Below, in pieces: positions 40,443 through 51,358 of a stretch of DNA of 64,000 bases. A program made the translations under genes and the position numbers. The DNA is taken from positions 155,486 through 219,485 of the forward strand of contig CBDHHF010000026.1 of the NCBI GenBank assembly GCA_965263205.1. Direction: 5' to 3'. The number at the start of each line of letters is the position of its first letter. Position 1 is the stretch's first letter. The notes beneath the pieces are model-generated. The model saw only the letters and a list, made by a program, of their open reading frames with translations. It was not told where the DNA came from and did not search any database. This DNA comes from Rhodothermales bacterium. GTDB lineage: Bacteria > Bacteroidota > Rhodothermia > Rhodothermales > JAHQVL01.

Positions 40443-42101
40443 CTATTTCTCCCAGGGTTTTTCCTCGAAGTATTTGTCGGTCAATTTCTTCACGAGACCT
40501 GAGAGCAGCAGTAGCGCAATCACGTTCGGAATGGTTACGAGCGACAGGGCTACATCTCCTAAGTCCCAGATCGTAGTAACAGCAATGATAGCGCCCAGGA
40601 AGTGCATCAGTACGTATACCATTTTGTATGGTAGAATTGCTTTTGCACCCCAGATGTAGTTTGCACACCGATCGCCGTAGTAGCTCCAGGAAATGGCTGT
40701 TGACAGGGCAAACATCAATACACAAATCAGTACGATGTACCTGCCAAGCCAACCAAGTCCCAACGGCTCCAGGCCTTTCTCGAAACCGAGCGAGGTTAAC
40801 GGCGAGCTACTTCGTGCTGCTTGTGTATAGAGCACCGTATACTCTTGCCCGTTTGCGCCCTCAGCCCTTGCCTGCGAAGGATAGATGGTACCTGCAAACG
40901 GCTGCGTCTGCTCTGCGTCTGTAAACACCTGGCCTACGGGAATGTCGAAGTATGCCAATTGAGGCAGTGTGGCATCGCTCTCGTCTCCGCCATCAAACCG
41001 CAACGCTTCGGGGGATGTGGTTGATTCATACCCATTGTTCACATTGCCAACCACGTAGGAGATATTCCCATCACCTAAATCGAGCGTGGTATCAAATTTA
41101 TCTTTCCAAACGCCGGTACTTACAACCACGATACCTGTCAGCGTACAAATGATGATCGTATCGATGAATGGCTCGAGTAGGGCTACAACCCCTTCGGAGA
41201 CTGGTTCGTCGGTTTTGGCTGCCGAGTGGGCAATCGGTGCAGAACCCTGGCCGGCTTCGTTCGAGAACAAGCCACGTTGCACACCACGTTGCATCGTCAT
41301 AATGAAAACGCCAACGCCCGTACCCGCGACACCAGACGTTGGATTGAACGCTTCAGAGAAGATGGTACCCAGCGCGCTAAGTGCAGCGCCCATATCAGAT
41401 CCGATGATCAGCAATGCACCAATCACGTAGATGGCTGCCATCACCGGGGCTAGAATACTGGTAACGCGACCAATACGCTTGATACCGCCAATAATTACGA
41501 CCCCAACCAGAGCGGCTGTGATGATCCCTGTAATCCAGGTCTCGATACCAAAGTTAGCATACATCTGTGTAGCTACCGTGTTTGCCTGGATCGCATTACC
41601 TGTCATAAATGAGGTAATAATAAGCATGAAGGCGAAGAACACAGCCACGGGCTTCCATTTTTTACCAAGGCCGTGTTCGATGTAATACATTGGCCCACCA
41701 GCAACAGAGCCGGCGCGGTTTCCGGAACCGAGGTCTTGCCGGAAATGCTGGGCAAGTGTCACCTCGCTGTATTTAGTTGCCATACCGAGTAATGCCGTGA
41801 CCCACATCCAGAACAGCGCACCCGGCCCCCCCCAGTGAATGGCGATGGCTACACCGGCGATATTACCAATCCCTACCGTTGCAGAGAGCGCCGTAGTTAG
41901 CGCCTGGAAATGGGAAACGTCGCCGGGCTTGTCGTCATCGTCATATTTTCCTCTGGTCACCGCTATACCATGTGCCAGCCGGCGAAACTGTATAAAACCT
42001 AGCCTCAACGTCAACCAAACACCTGTGCCCAACAGTAAGAAGACGAGCGGGTAGGCCAGGATGCCGTTCATAAAACTTATAAAATGCTCAAGGATCTCCA
42101 T
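40443..42101 (-). CDS. Sodium:alanine/glycine symporter (AGCS)
   Basis: ATVGIGNIAGV, GGPGALFWMW, RGLFSNEAGQGS. Confidence 0.95.
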   Translation of the reverse strand: MEILEHFISFMNGILAYPLVFLLLGTGVWLTLRLGFIQFRRLAHGIAVTRGKYDDDDKPGDVSHFQALTTALSATVGIGNIAGVAIAIHWGGPGALFWMWVTALLGMATKYSEVTLAQHFRQDLGSGNRAGSVAGGPMYYIEHGLGKKWKPVAVFFAFMLIITSFMTGNAIQANTVATQMYANFGIETWITGIITAALVGVVIIGGIKRIGRVTSILAPVMAAIYVIGALLIIGSDMGAALSALGTIFSEAFNPTSGVAGTGVGVFIMTMQRGVQRGLFSNEAGQGSAPIAHSAAKTDEPVSEGVVALLEPFIDTIIICTLTGIVVVSTGVWKDKFDTTLDLGDGNISYVVGNVNNGYESTTSPEALRFDGGDESDATLPQLAYFDIPVGQVFTDAEQTQPFAGTIYPSQARAEGANGQEYTVLYTQAARSSSPLTSLGFEKGLEPLGLGWLGRYIVLICVLMFALSTAISWSYYGDRCANYIWGAKAILPYKMVYVLMHFLGAIIAVTTIWDLGDVALSLVTIPNVIALLLLSGLVKKLTDKYFEEKPWEK

Positions 42102-42442
42102 ATAGCTACTTGCAAGATTGTGGGAATTACAGAAACACCAATTGAAACACTACAAGATGCGAGCAACGGAATATCCTGCGCCTGCGCTCGATGAGGTGCG
42201 TTTAAAGATGACCTTCGGGGCCGCCTAACAATTGGATAAGCTTAAAGAGGGTTGCGGTGGTTTAAGCTTTCGACCCGAAATATAGGGGATAGAATCTAAA
42301 ACTGCAGAATGTTGGGAAATGAAGCGCAGGAGAAAACCGCCGACCTGTTAAATCAGCCGGCCCTGTTGGAAAAGGACAACAGCCTGAGGCGCTATAATGC
42401 GCTGTGCAATTTGCCTAAAATGAGATGGTTGCTATCGATGGG

Positions 42443-43126
42443 TTAGAGAGCCTGGGCCTGGACTTCAACGATCTGTTGATTCATCAACGCCAGCGTACGG
42501 GCAGGATACTTTTTGACCAAGCGATAATCGTGGGTTGCCATGAGAACGGTCATGCCCTGTCGGTTCAGACTTAAGAGCAGTTTGTGGATTTCATCCGCCA
42601 CGCGAGGGTCAAGGTTACCCGTGGGCTCGTCTGCCAGAAGGATCCAGGGTTCGTTTACAATGGACCGTGCAACGGATACACGCTGCTGTTCACCACCCGA
42701 TATTTCATGCGGGAAGCGCCGGCTTTTGTGCGAAAGCCCAACGCGTGCAAGCACCTGCATGGCGCGATTTTTCACAACGTTGCCTTTTTTACCTGTGACG
42801 TGTAAGGCAAATGCAACGTTTTCAAAAACGGTCCGGTCTGGCAGTAACTGAAAATCCTGGTACACAACACCCAGCGAGCGTCGCAGATACGGAATGTCTT
42901 TGGGGCGAATCATATCGGACCGATAGTCACCAATCCGGCAGATGCCGCGATCGGGGATCAGGTCCATGTACAACATGCGCAACAATGTACTCTTGCCACT
43001 CCCTGTTTGCCCGATCAGGTATACCATTTCACCCTGATCAATTCGCAAGGACAAGTTCTCAAGCACCGTTCGATTTGTGCCGTTTGGCAATGGGTAGGAG
43101 ATGGAAACGTCTTTTAATTCAATCAA
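42443..43126 (-). CDS. ftsE: Cell division ATP-binding protein FtsE
   Basis: GQTGSGKST, LRRSLGVVYQDFQLL, SGGEQQR, LADEPTGNLD. Confidence 0.85.
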   Translation of the reverse strand: MIELKDVSISYPLPNGTNRTVLENLSLRIDQGEMVYLIGQTGSGKSTLLRMLYMDLIPDRGICRIGDYRSDMIRPKDIPYLRRSLGVVYQDFQLLPDRTVFENVAFALHVTGKKGNVVKNRAMQVLARVGLSHKSRRFPHEISGGEQQRVSVARSIVNEPWILLADEPTGNLDPRVADEIHKLLLSLNRQGMTVLMATHDYRLVKKYPARTLALMNQQIVEVQAQAL

Positions 43127-43298
43127 TGTGCTATATCAGATTTGTCAGACCAGGTACACAGTTCATGTACTACTGGTACGCATTCATTATGGGTGCATGT
43201 ATTCGATTAATAAAAACTAAGTTTCAATGATGCACCACTTTTTTGCAGCCACCAGGTGTGGTCGCGCTGCTATTTTATGTCATATATCCGTCGAAAAA

Positions 43299-44102
43299 TC
43301 AAGCCGGCCGGCGTACGACCCAGTGTATGCGCTCAGATTCTTCGCTGGCAACATCCGATGAAAAACCATCAAAGGCATGGACAATTTCCAACCCTGAGCG
43401 CTTTACCAGCGTTTTGATTTGCTGCATCGTATACGCCCGTTGTACGTGTTTTTCAAAGAATGTGCGGCCACGCGTTTTGATCTCGAAGGTTGTTGTGTGC
43501 AGCCTGGAGTCTCGATCATAATGGCTGCCCCGAACATACGAAAATCCATCCATTTCCCCCTCATCTCTGAAAAATTCTTCGTTATTGATGGAATTTGCAG
43601 GGGTACTCTGGTCAAAAAAGAAGATTCCGCCGGGTTTGAGTGCTTTGTACGTACAGGCCAATAGCGAAGCTATTTTCTCTTCTTCAATGAGATAGTTTAG
43701 CCCATCATACAGCAAAATGATGACGTCGTGCGGGTTTTCGACGGTGTAGTTGCTAAAATCTTCTACACCAAATGTTATGCGCGCCCCTACTTCTTTCACC
43801 TTCTCGCGCGCCACGTCAATCATTTCAGCACAGATATCGGTCGCGGTGTACTCGTAATCGGCGAGCGGTTGCAAGTGCATGGCAAAGGTACCGGTACCAC
43901 ACCCCAGCTCGCGTACAGAAACCGGATTCGGATGGAGATGCCACAGCAAACCATCTGTAAACTCTGCCCACATACTGTAATCTACGTGCGACATGATGAA
44001 GTCATATCCGTTCGCAATTACGCTGTACGGGACAGCGTCTTCCAGATTATCTACATCGAGCGTTTCCATCGTTTCAAGGGGTAAATATGTGGAGTGGACC
44101 AA
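43299..44102 (-). CDS. Class I SAM-dependent methyltransferase
   Basis: ELGCGTG, DGLNY, LKPGG. Confidence 0.88.
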   Translation of the reverse strand: MVHSTYLPLETMETLDVDNLEDAVPYSVIANGYDFIMSHVDYSMWAEFTDGLLWHLHPNPVSVRELGCGTGTFAMHLQPLADYEYTATDICAEMIDVAREKVKEVGARITFGVEDFSNYTVENPHDVIILLYDGLNYLIEEEKIASLLACTYKALKPGGIFFFDQSTPANSINNEEFFRDEGEMDGFSYVRGSHYDRDSRLHTTTFEIKTRGRTFFEKHVQRAYTMQQIKTLVKRSGLEIVHAFDGFSSDVASEESERIHWVVRRPA

Positions 44103-44168
44103 TGTACTGAAGACTATCAGAATTCATGCCAGCAATCGTGGCAGCATTAGAAAAATATTGCATCCAAC

Positions 44169-45191
44169 TTAGTCTGGCACACGGACGGCATTGCGCTGGC
44201 GTACAATATCGAGTGCCAGGTAAATGGCGCTCCGCATGCTTGCCGGAGATGCTTTCCCCTGGCCGGCAATATTGAAAGCGGTTCCGTGATCAGGCGAAGT
44301 TCTTACAATAGGTAAACCTGCGGTGTAATTTACGCCATGTCCAAATGCGATGGTTTTGAACGGGATCAATCCTTGATCGTGGTACATCGCCAGGATTGCG
44401 TCGTAATTTCGGAATCCACCGACAGCAAAAAAGCCATCAGCAGGAAAAGGTCCAAACACAAGGTGCCCCTGCTCGCAGCTGGTTTCGATAGCCGGCATAA
44501 TGGTATCCTGCTCTTCCCGCCCCAGTAACCCTCCATCGCCAGCATGCGGGTTCAACCCCAGGATGGCAATACGCGGGCGATCAACCGCAAAATCATTGAT
44601 GAGGCTGTTCGAAAGGATATTGACCCGTTCCAGAATCGCGTCTTTAGTGATCTTTTTGGGTACATCCCAGATGGGCACATGCTCCGTAACCAGGCCGACA
44701 CGCAATTCCTCGGAAACCATCATCATGGTATGAGACTTCGATTTTGTGCGGCGTGCGATAAAACCGGAGTGCCCTTTATTTTGATAGCCGGCCATAGAAA
44801 TGGCTTCTTTGGAAATCGGGGCGGTAACCATGGCATCCACCCGCTTTTCCATGCACAGGTCCACGGCCTCTTCGACGGCTTTCATCGACAATGCACCAGC
44901 CGCCTCGGTGATTTCACCAAACGTAACATCAGGTGACGTACCGTTGGCGATGTCAAGCACCGTAACTACCTGCTCGTCCGGTGCTGTATCTGCAAGTTCT
45001 TGCACAACGCGAAGATTCAGGTCGCGCAATTGCAGCTTCTCCATATGGCTATGGAGCACTTTTGCATCACCGATAATAACAGGATCCACATATTTCAGCA
45101 GCCGGCTGTCCTGTAAGCTTTTCAGCGTCACTTCTGGCCCGATGCCATTGGGATCCCCGAGCGATATCGCTATACGAGGTTTCGTTTTCAT
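44169..45191 (-). CDS. pdxA: 4-hydroxythreonine-4-phosphate dehydrogenase
   Basis: GDPNGIGPE, LNPHAGD, MYHDQG, RTSPDHGT. Confidence 0.96.
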   Translation of the reverse strand: MKTKPRIAISLGDPNGIGPEVTLKSLQDSRLLKYVDPVIIGDAKVLHSHMEKLQLRDLNLRVVQELADTAPDEQVVTVLDIANGTSPDVTFGEITEAAGALSMKAVEEAVDLCMEKRVDAMVTAPISKEAISMAGYQNKGHSGFIARRTKSKSHTMMMVSEELRVGLVTEHVPIWDVPKKITKDAILERVNILSNSLINDFAVDRPRIAILGLNPHAGDGGLLGREEQDTIMPAIETSCEQGHLVFGPFPADGFFAVGGFRNYDAILAMYHDQGLIPFKTIAFGHGVNYTAGLPIVRTSPDHGTAFNIAGQGKASPASMRSAIYLALDIVRQRNAVRVPD

Positions 45192-45224
45192 AAGAACAAT
45201 GTATATATAAAGCCTGGTTAGGCG

Positions 45225-46727
45225 TTATTTCTTTTTACGCGGGCTGGCATATTCTCGTAGAAACGCTACGAGAAGCCGCACACCAAACCCCGTCCCTCCC
45301 ACGGGACGATACGGTTTGGGTTCATGTAAAAAAGCCGGTCCGGCAATATCTACATGAATCCAGGGATAGTCTACAAAATGTTCAAGGAATTTGCCCGCTG
45401 TAATCGAGCTGGCCTCTCTTCCGCCTACATTTTTGATGTCAGCAACGCTGCTTTTTAGTTGCTCAGCATAGGCAGCAAACATAGGTAACCGGTGCACAAG
45501 GTCACCACTTTCGCGGCCGGCGGCTTCAATTGCGTCGATTCGTGCGGCATCCCCTTCGATTTCATTGGTCATCACCGCAGCCGCCGTGCGCCCGAGCGCA
45601 ACAACGGCCCCACCTGTTAGTGTGGCCAGATCAAACACAAGTTCAGGTTTGTAGGTTTGGGCGTACGAAAGTGCATCAGCCAGTAGCATACGACCTTCAG
45701 CATCTGTGTTGAGCACTTCAACCGTTTTACCGGAATGCATGTGGATCACATCGCCCGGTACGTACGCTTTTACACCCGGTCGGTTGTCTGTTGCGGGCAC
45801 CATACCAATAACGTGTAATGGCAACGCGAGCCGTGCAATGGCCTCCATCGCCCCGATAACAGCCGCCGCACCACCCATATCCGACTTCATGTAATCCATG
45901 GAGCCTTTGGTCGACTTGAGCGATAACCCGCCCGTATCGTACACAACGCCTTTGCCAACCAGAATAATCGGTTTCTCGTTGACGGGGTTTTCAGGCTGCC
46001 AGGTTAAGATGCTGAAGGTGGGTGGCTCCACGCTTCCCAGGTTTACCGCAAGGATTCCCCCCATTTTTTCTTCTTCGATCAGCGCCTTATCCCAAACATC
46101 CGCTTCATAGCCATGCTTTTTGGCAGACTTCTCGATCGCCTTACCGAGCAGGGTTGCGGTCTGATCATTGGGGGAGGTGTTCACCAGGTCACGAGCGGTA
46201 TTAACAGACTCGGCGATAATACGTCCACGTTCAGCGCCGGCGCGGCTGGATTTCTCGCTGTCCTGTGCATGCAGAACCAATCGTTGGGCGCCCGGATGCT
46301 GGTGCTTCTCCTCGGTTTTGTATGTATTAAATTGGTACGAACCGAGTACAAAGCCCTCAACCAGCGCCTGCGTGGCGGGGTCGGCGTCCATGTCACCAGC
46401 CGGCAGCATACAGGCCACAGTCTCTACGTTGAGCTTACGAGCCAGTTGTGCACCAGCAGCGGCTGCGCATCGTAACGTTTCTGGCGATACTTTTTCCCAG
46501 GTACCTAATCCCAATAGCACAATGCGTTTTGCACGCGAGGTATCGGGGTATAAAACAACTTCTTGCGTCGCCTTCCCTCCAAAGTCAGCTGATGCACGTT
46601 GGACAACATCACCAAAAGCATCCGCTAATCGCTTGCGCTCAGCCTCGATATGCGTTTCGCTTACCGGGATGAGGAGCAATTCGACATCCAGATCAGCAAT
46701 TGGAATCGTAGTTACGGATACTTTCAT
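45225..46727 (-). CDS. pepA: Leucyl aminopeptidase (M17)
   Basis: GKGVVYDTGG, MKSDMGG, NTDAEGR. Confidence 0.95.
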   Translation of the reverse strand: MKVSVTTIPIADLDVELLLIPVSETHIEAERKRLADAFGDVVQRASADFGGKATQEVVLYPDTSRAKRIVLLGLGTWEKVSPETLRCAAAAGAQLARKLNVETVACMLPAGDMDADPATQALVEGFVLGSYQFNTYKTEEKHQHPGAQRLVLHAQDSEKSSRAGAERGRIIAESVNTARDLVNTSPNDQTATLLGKAIEKSAKKHGYEADVWDKALIEEEKMGGILAVNLGSVEPPTFSILTWQPENPVNEKPIILVGKGVVYDTGGLSLKSTKGSMDYMKSDMGGAAAVIGAMEAIARLALPLHVIGMVPATDNRPGVKAYVPGDVIHMHSGKTVEVLNTDAEGRMLLADALSYAQTYKPELVFDLATLTGGAVVALGRTAAAVMTNEIEGDAARIDAIEAAGRESGDLVHRLPMFAAYAEQLKSSVADIKNVGGREASSITAGKFLEHFVDYPWIHVDIAGPAFLHEPKPYRPVGGTGFGVRLLVAFLREYASPRKKK

Positions 46728-46845
46728 AAGCCACGTTGTTCATCGTCAATGGCTGCTGCATGCCGGCAGCAACTTCTGGTATGCTGTATGGTGTTTGTTG
46801 CGGCGAAAGCTTATTGAGGCAGATCTACAACACGTTTAAAAACGC

Positions 46846-47889
46846 CTAGCGACGCAGAAAATCTTCCGGGGTTAAAGTATCTTCTTGTTCAGCACCATCT
46901 GTATCAATGTTGATGAACTCGGGCGCAGCCGCAATGACTTCTTCAATCGTTCGTTCGAGCGGTTTTCGGAGAAAAGCACCCGAGGCATTTCGGTGTCCCC
47001 CACCACCAAATGACTGTGCCCAGCCGTTTACATGGGTGTCTGCTGATGATCTGAAACTCACTTTGGTACCTTTAGCCGTTTCAAGAAACAGCAGGCCGGC
47101 TTTTACACTACCGATTGAAAGTACGTAATTCACAAAACCGTCCGTTTCATCGGAATCAGCCTGGAGCTCACGCAGCATACGCTGTGAAATCACCATATAC
47201 CCAACCTGCCCATCGTATTTGAGCGTTATTGTGGCAAGCGCCCTCGAAAGCAAACGTAGGCTGGCAAGCGAGCGCGTGTCGTAGATGGCTGTGTGAATAG
47301 GTGTTGGCTGCAGGCCCCCACGCTCTAGGATATCGGCAACCTTACGGTGTAGTGCCGGCGTAACAGCACTGAACTTGAACGAACCGGTGTCGGTAACGAT
47401 GGCGGCGTACAGCGCGGAAGCGATGGCTTCATCAATCAGGTCAAGATGCGCAGCGGCTTCGATCAATTCGAAGACGAGTTCTCCTGTTGACGATGCTTTG
47501 TCGTTTACATACGACGCATCAAACCACGTTTCGGGGTTGGTATGGTGGTCGATCAAATAACGGGTGCCGGCGGCATCTCTTACCAGTGAGCCCACTTCAC
47601 CCAATCGATTCTGCGCATTGGCGTCCATCACAACCACGGCATCAGCTTCGCTAAATCGCTGCCGTTGATCGAGCGAGCCGTCGAATACTTCGATTCGCCC
47701 AACCTGCGGCAACCACCCCATGTTGTCGGGAATAGGATCACTGTTGATCATGTGAACTTCTTTTCCCAACTTGTCCAGCAATAACCCCATCGCGAGTTGT
47801 GATCCGATGGCGTCTCCATCCGGTCTGACGTGGGTAACCAGACAGTAGCGCTGGTTTGACAAAAAGCTCGATAAAAATGAATCCGACAT
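46846..47889 (-). CDS. nrnA: DHH/DHHA1 phosphoesterase (NrnA-like)
   Basis: HVRPDGDA, IDHH, TDTGSF, GGGHRNASG. Confidence 0.88.
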   Translation of the reverse strand: MSDSFLSSFLSNQRYCLVTHVRPDGDAIGSQLAMGLLLDKLGKEVHMINSDPIPDNMGWLPQVGRIEVFDGSLDQRQRFSEADAVVVMDANAQNRLGEVGSLVRDAAGTRYLIDHHTNPETWFDASYVNDKASSTGELVFELIEAAAHLDLIDEAIASALYAAIVTDTGSFKFSAVTPALHRKVADILERGGLQPTPIHTAIYDTRSLASLRLLSRALATITLKYDGQVGYMVISQRMLRELQADSDETDGFVNYVLSIGSVKAGLLFLETAKGTKVSFRSSADTHVNGWAQSFGGGGHRNASGAFLRKPLERTIEEVIAAAPEFINIDTDGAEQEDTLTPEDFLRR

Positions 47890-47963
47890 TCGGTTAGGCT
47901 GCTTAATTTTTAGCCCCTTCCTAACGCCGGCATCCCCCAAATGTTCGTTAAATCGCTGATCTC

Positions 47964-48326
47964 ATGTTTATTAAGAAGCTTCAAGACTGCCCCGCCATCA
48001 TAGCGGGGGATGCGACCATTTTGAAAGAAATTCTGCATCCGGATAAAACGGACCTCGCAATCCGCTACAGTCTCGCGCACGCCGTGGTCCCGGTTGGACA
48101 AACATCCCTCAGGCATAAGCTTGCCACTTCGGAAGTTTACTACATACTCTCGGGAAACGGCATGATGCACATCGACGAACATTCCCGTCCTGTATCTGCA
48201 AACGACACCGTTTACATACCACCGGGTGGTGTACAATGGATCGAGAACAGCGGGCGTGAACCGCTGGTATTTCTTTGTATGGTTGATCCTCCATGGCGCG
48301 CTGAAGATGAAGAAGTTTTGCCCTAG
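47964..48326 (+). CDS. Cupin domain protein
   Basis: H..ATSEVYYILSG.G, VYIPPG. Confidence 0.85.
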   Translation: MFIKKLQDCPAIIAGDATILKEILHPDKTDLAIRYSLAHAVVPVGQTSLRHKLATSEVYYILSGNGMMHIDEHSRPVSANDTVYIPPGGVQWIENSGREPLVFLCMVDPPWRAEDEEVLP

Positions 48327-48405
48327 TATTTCGACAAGAAAAAAACGCAGCACGTCTTGGACATGCTGCGTTAATATCTACGCATGAAGGAATGCGGGTG
48401 GGGAC

Positions 48406-48864
48406 TTACATAGATTGTTTGATTTTCTTGCCGATGTTTTTCAGCGAGTCCCCCATCTTATCCACAACCGACTCGTCCTTCTCGACAGTTTCAGGCGCTT
48501 CATCAAATTGGCTGAGGAGTTTATCGAGCTTGGCGTTTACACCCACCATTTCATCTTCTACCAGCTTTTTCAGCATGCTAACCCGTGATTCTTCCTCATG
48601 GGTTGCGAGTTTACGTGCTTTTTCGACTTCAGTATTTTTCCGCCGGCTTTCAAAGAAAGCACTCGTTTGTGTTTTCCACACAAAAAAGAGATAAAGAAAA
48701 CTGAGTACCCCGATTACCATCAACATGGATAGGCCGATGGGAATGTCAATCGTGGTAAACAACAAGTTTAAAGGAACCGGGGTCGTAAACACTGTCCAGT
48801 TGATGGCCGCAATAAGCACGACCAATAACAGGATCGACAAGAAAATTAAGGTTCTGGCTTTCAT
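48406..48864 (-). CDS. LapA-like small membrane protein
   Basis: Two N-terminal TMs, NW...PVPLNLLF, coiled C-terminus. Confidence 0.7.
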   Translation of the reverse strand: MKARTLIFLSILLLVVLIAAINWTVFTTPVPLNLLFTTIDIPIGLSMLMVIGVLSFLYLFFVWKTQTSAFFESRRKNTEVEKARKLATHEEESRVSMLKKLVEDEMVGVNAKLDKLLSQFDEAPETVEKDESVVDKMGDSLKNIGKKIKQSM

Positions 48865-49140
48865 GGTTTGTGTTAAACGTTCTACAGAATGAAACGCTAT
48901 CACCTTCGAGACGTGAAGCCCGCTGGCGATAGGCATTGCAACCAGGCGTTTCATAGCAGGGCAAGAACGCTAACATAGTACGCAGGTGCTGAACCAAGCT
49001 CAAGCGCTTAAAGCAATTTTTTTGCTGATTCTAGGGGAGAATGGGTTGAAGGTTTAAAGTGGTTGGTTGTGAGGAATTGTATCCGGGCACTACATGAGTA
49101 GCAAAAAACTAGTCTGGATGATACCACCTACCTCTCAACA

Positions 49141-49387
49141 CGTCATCCTGCGCCACGCGAAGAATCGCTATCCAAATGCCTCTGTGCTTCCTCCTCGTCA
49201 TTCCGAGCACCGCGAAGAATCTCTATCCAAATGCCGCTGTGCTTCATCCACGTCATTCTGAGCACCGCGAAGAATCGCTATCCAAATGCCGCTGCGCTTC
49301 ATCCTCGTCATTCCGAGCACCGCGAAGAATCGCTATCCAAATGCCTCTGTGCTTCCTCCTCGTCATTCCGAGCACCGCGAAGAATCT
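49141..49387 (+). repeat. Tandem array of 55-bp units containing REP-like GTCATTCCGAGCACCGCGAAGAATC
   Basis: Units start at 49141, 49196, 49251, 49306 and 49361 (last one partial). Confidence 0.9.
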
Positions 49388-49509
49388 GGGAGGGCAACGA
49401 GCAATGTCTAAACTCAGGTTACCCAACAAACGATCTAGTTTTAGGATATGCCCCAAAATACGAACAAGAGGCCAGGGTATTCCCAGCCTCTTGTTCGTTG
49501 CACATCTTG

Positions 49510-49971
49510 TCAGCCTACTGCCCAATACACTTCCTTACCTTGCTGAATAGCGAGATCGCATATAAACACTGCACCAGCTATGTCTCCCTGTAGTCTCTTA
49601 AAAAACAACAAGGTATCAAGCCCTCTTGCACGAGCGTTTTCTTTTTCAATTAAAGAGATGGCTGTATCAGTTTCATTTTCAAATAATCTTGTTGCCAACT
49701 CATAATACTTAAACAAGGCACGCTTCAATTCATCCGGCTTTCTCTTCTCAAGGTGCGCTTCAAAAACACGACCTTCAGGTTTCAATAGTCGTCTTTCCTC
49801 AGAACTAAGCTTGTTGAATAATAATTCCCCCAAAGAATTCGAGCCCGCGACCGCACTAGTAGTTTCACTTAATGCAAAGCCATAAACTTGCATCCCACTC
49901 AAATCTATTTGTGCCGTGGGACTTCCTGGATCCAAATAAACATGAAGCATAGTACTCATAGTGTTACCCAT
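49510..49971 (-). CDS. Hypothetical protein, candidate immunity protein
   Basis: 153 aa, AT-rich, overlaps the stop of the upstream toxin-like gene. Confidence 0.6.
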   Translation of the reverse strand: MGNTMSTMLHVYLDPGSPTAQIDLSGMQVYGFALSETTSAVAGSNSLGELLFNKLSSEERRLLKPEGRVFEAHLEKRKPDELKRALFKYYELATRLFENETDTAISLIEKENARARGLDTLLFFKRLQGDIAGAVFICDLAIQQGKEVYWAVG

Positions 49972-51358
49972 TTACGACTTCACAGTCAATGCTAAAAGGT
50001 AGGCTCCAAGGTGCATTATCAACCCAAGAATCAGGTATTTCGATATTAAAATCCCGCCAACCGATCAAGCTCAGATCAGAAATTAGATTACCGAATAGAA
50101 TATATTTGTTAAAGGGTAATTCTCTGACAGTTAGGTGAACGATAGCTACCCCGAGGTCATCTGCTAACGAACGAAGCGAATTTGCAGAATTCAGTTGCAT
50201 ATTGGAGCCTGAATATTGCGACACAACGTAGTAAAGTGGCGGTCCAAGTACATTAGTGTCTTCGGGATGTATGTAGTAAACCTCGTTTAACTCCCTTATA
50301 TGCGCTGACGACTGATCAGTCTTAAATGGCGTAGCCAATTCGGAAAATTTAGCTTCCATTATGGCATTAATCCAACTTATGCCATTGTACTCATTTGTTG
50401 TGTAGCCGTCTAATTGTGATCCCGCCACGTCAGTCCCCTGACGAGCATCCATGCCCATTACATCGCGAATTAATCGCTCGTAAGCCTTACTCATTGCATT
50501 CGACTCATTCTTCACACCACACCCTTCAAAAACAGACTCTAGGTGTGCTTTACTCACAACATCACCAATATCCTCCTCATCCCCGTCATAGTCGCCGCCG
50601 GCACCGCCTGTGCCACCACCGCCGGTGACAAAGTCATCATCCAGGATATCACCATCTTCGCTCCAGCAATCGAGATAAACGTCGGTATTCCAGGTGAAGT
50701 CATTGTCGCCTACGCTCACGCCGTAGGTGATAATGTCTAGCACAATACAATACACCGTTTCAGCGCGTTTGCCGGCTGCTGCTACCGTATGCGTCTCATA
50801 CCTGAAGCCAAGATCTACAGCGTCCTCCGCTGGCCGGTACAGGCGCGCGTGTTTAGGACGGTATCTGACGCTGTAACGGGCTACCATAATCGAAGCTGTA
50901 AAATCTTCTTCCAGGTACTGACGCACCAAACCTGCTACATCTGCAAGCACAGCGTCATCACCGGCGACAAACTCTACAATTTCGCCACGACCTACCGCCC
51001 CGTTACTGTCCATAGAAATAATAAGCGTCCGTATAATCGCACGCGTGCTGTCGAAGCTTACGCGCGCGTCATCACCCAATGTCGCATAAACGGCGCTTTT
51101 GCCCGACGCAGAAACGACAACTGCTGCTGTACTCCAATCAGGAAAAAAGCGATTGAGCAGTGCAACCGGATCTGGATCATCTCCTGATTTTGCAGGTGCG
51201 GCGGGTTCGGCAATAGTAGCCTGATGCCAGGTCTGTGCCCGGGTGATGAGCGTTTTGTCTCCCGGGGCATCCGTAAGGGTGTCGCAGCCGCTTCCAATGC
51301 CAAAGGCTAGCAGCACACTACATACAAGTGCCAGGTGTTTTCCTACGATGTGATTCAT
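49964..51358 (-). CDS. Lipoprotein with Gly/Asp linker and C-terminal PD-(D/E)xK-like domain (candidate polymorphic toxin)
   Basis: Lipobox-like GSGC; GGGGTGGAGG linker; QLDG...IMEAKF motif. Confidence 0.6.
   Translation of the reverse strand: MNHIVGKHLALVCSVLLAFGIGSGCDTLTDAPGDKTLITRAQTWHQATIAEPAAPAKSGDDPDPVALLNRFFPDWSTAAVVVSASGKSAVYATLGDDARVSFDSTRAIIRTLIISMDSNGAVGRGEIVEFVAGDDAVLADVAGLVRQYLEEDFTASIMVARYSVRYRPKHARLYRPAEDAVDLGFRYETHTVAAAGKRAETVYCIVLDIITYGVSVGDNDFTWNTDVYLDCWSEDGDILDDDFVTGGGGTGGAGGDYDGDEEDIGDVVSKAHLESVFEGCGVKNESNAMSKAYERLIRDVMGMDARQGTDVAGSQLDGYTTNEYNGISWINAIMEAKFSELATPFKTDQSSAHIRELNEVYYIHPEDTNVLGPPLYYVVSQYSGSNMQLNSANSLRSLADDLGVAIVHLTVRELPFNKYILFGNLISDLSLIGWRDFNIEIPDSWVDNAPWSLPFSIDCEVVNG

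Noticed and set aside
42102-42442. Glycine riboswitch upstream of the alanine/glycine symporter
   Set aside because: Only a CCGAAG fragment is present; the GGAGA and CTCTCAGG elements are not seen in the right order
49141-49387. CRISPR array
   Set aside because: The inter-repeat segments are near-identical rather than unique spacers, and there are no cas genes
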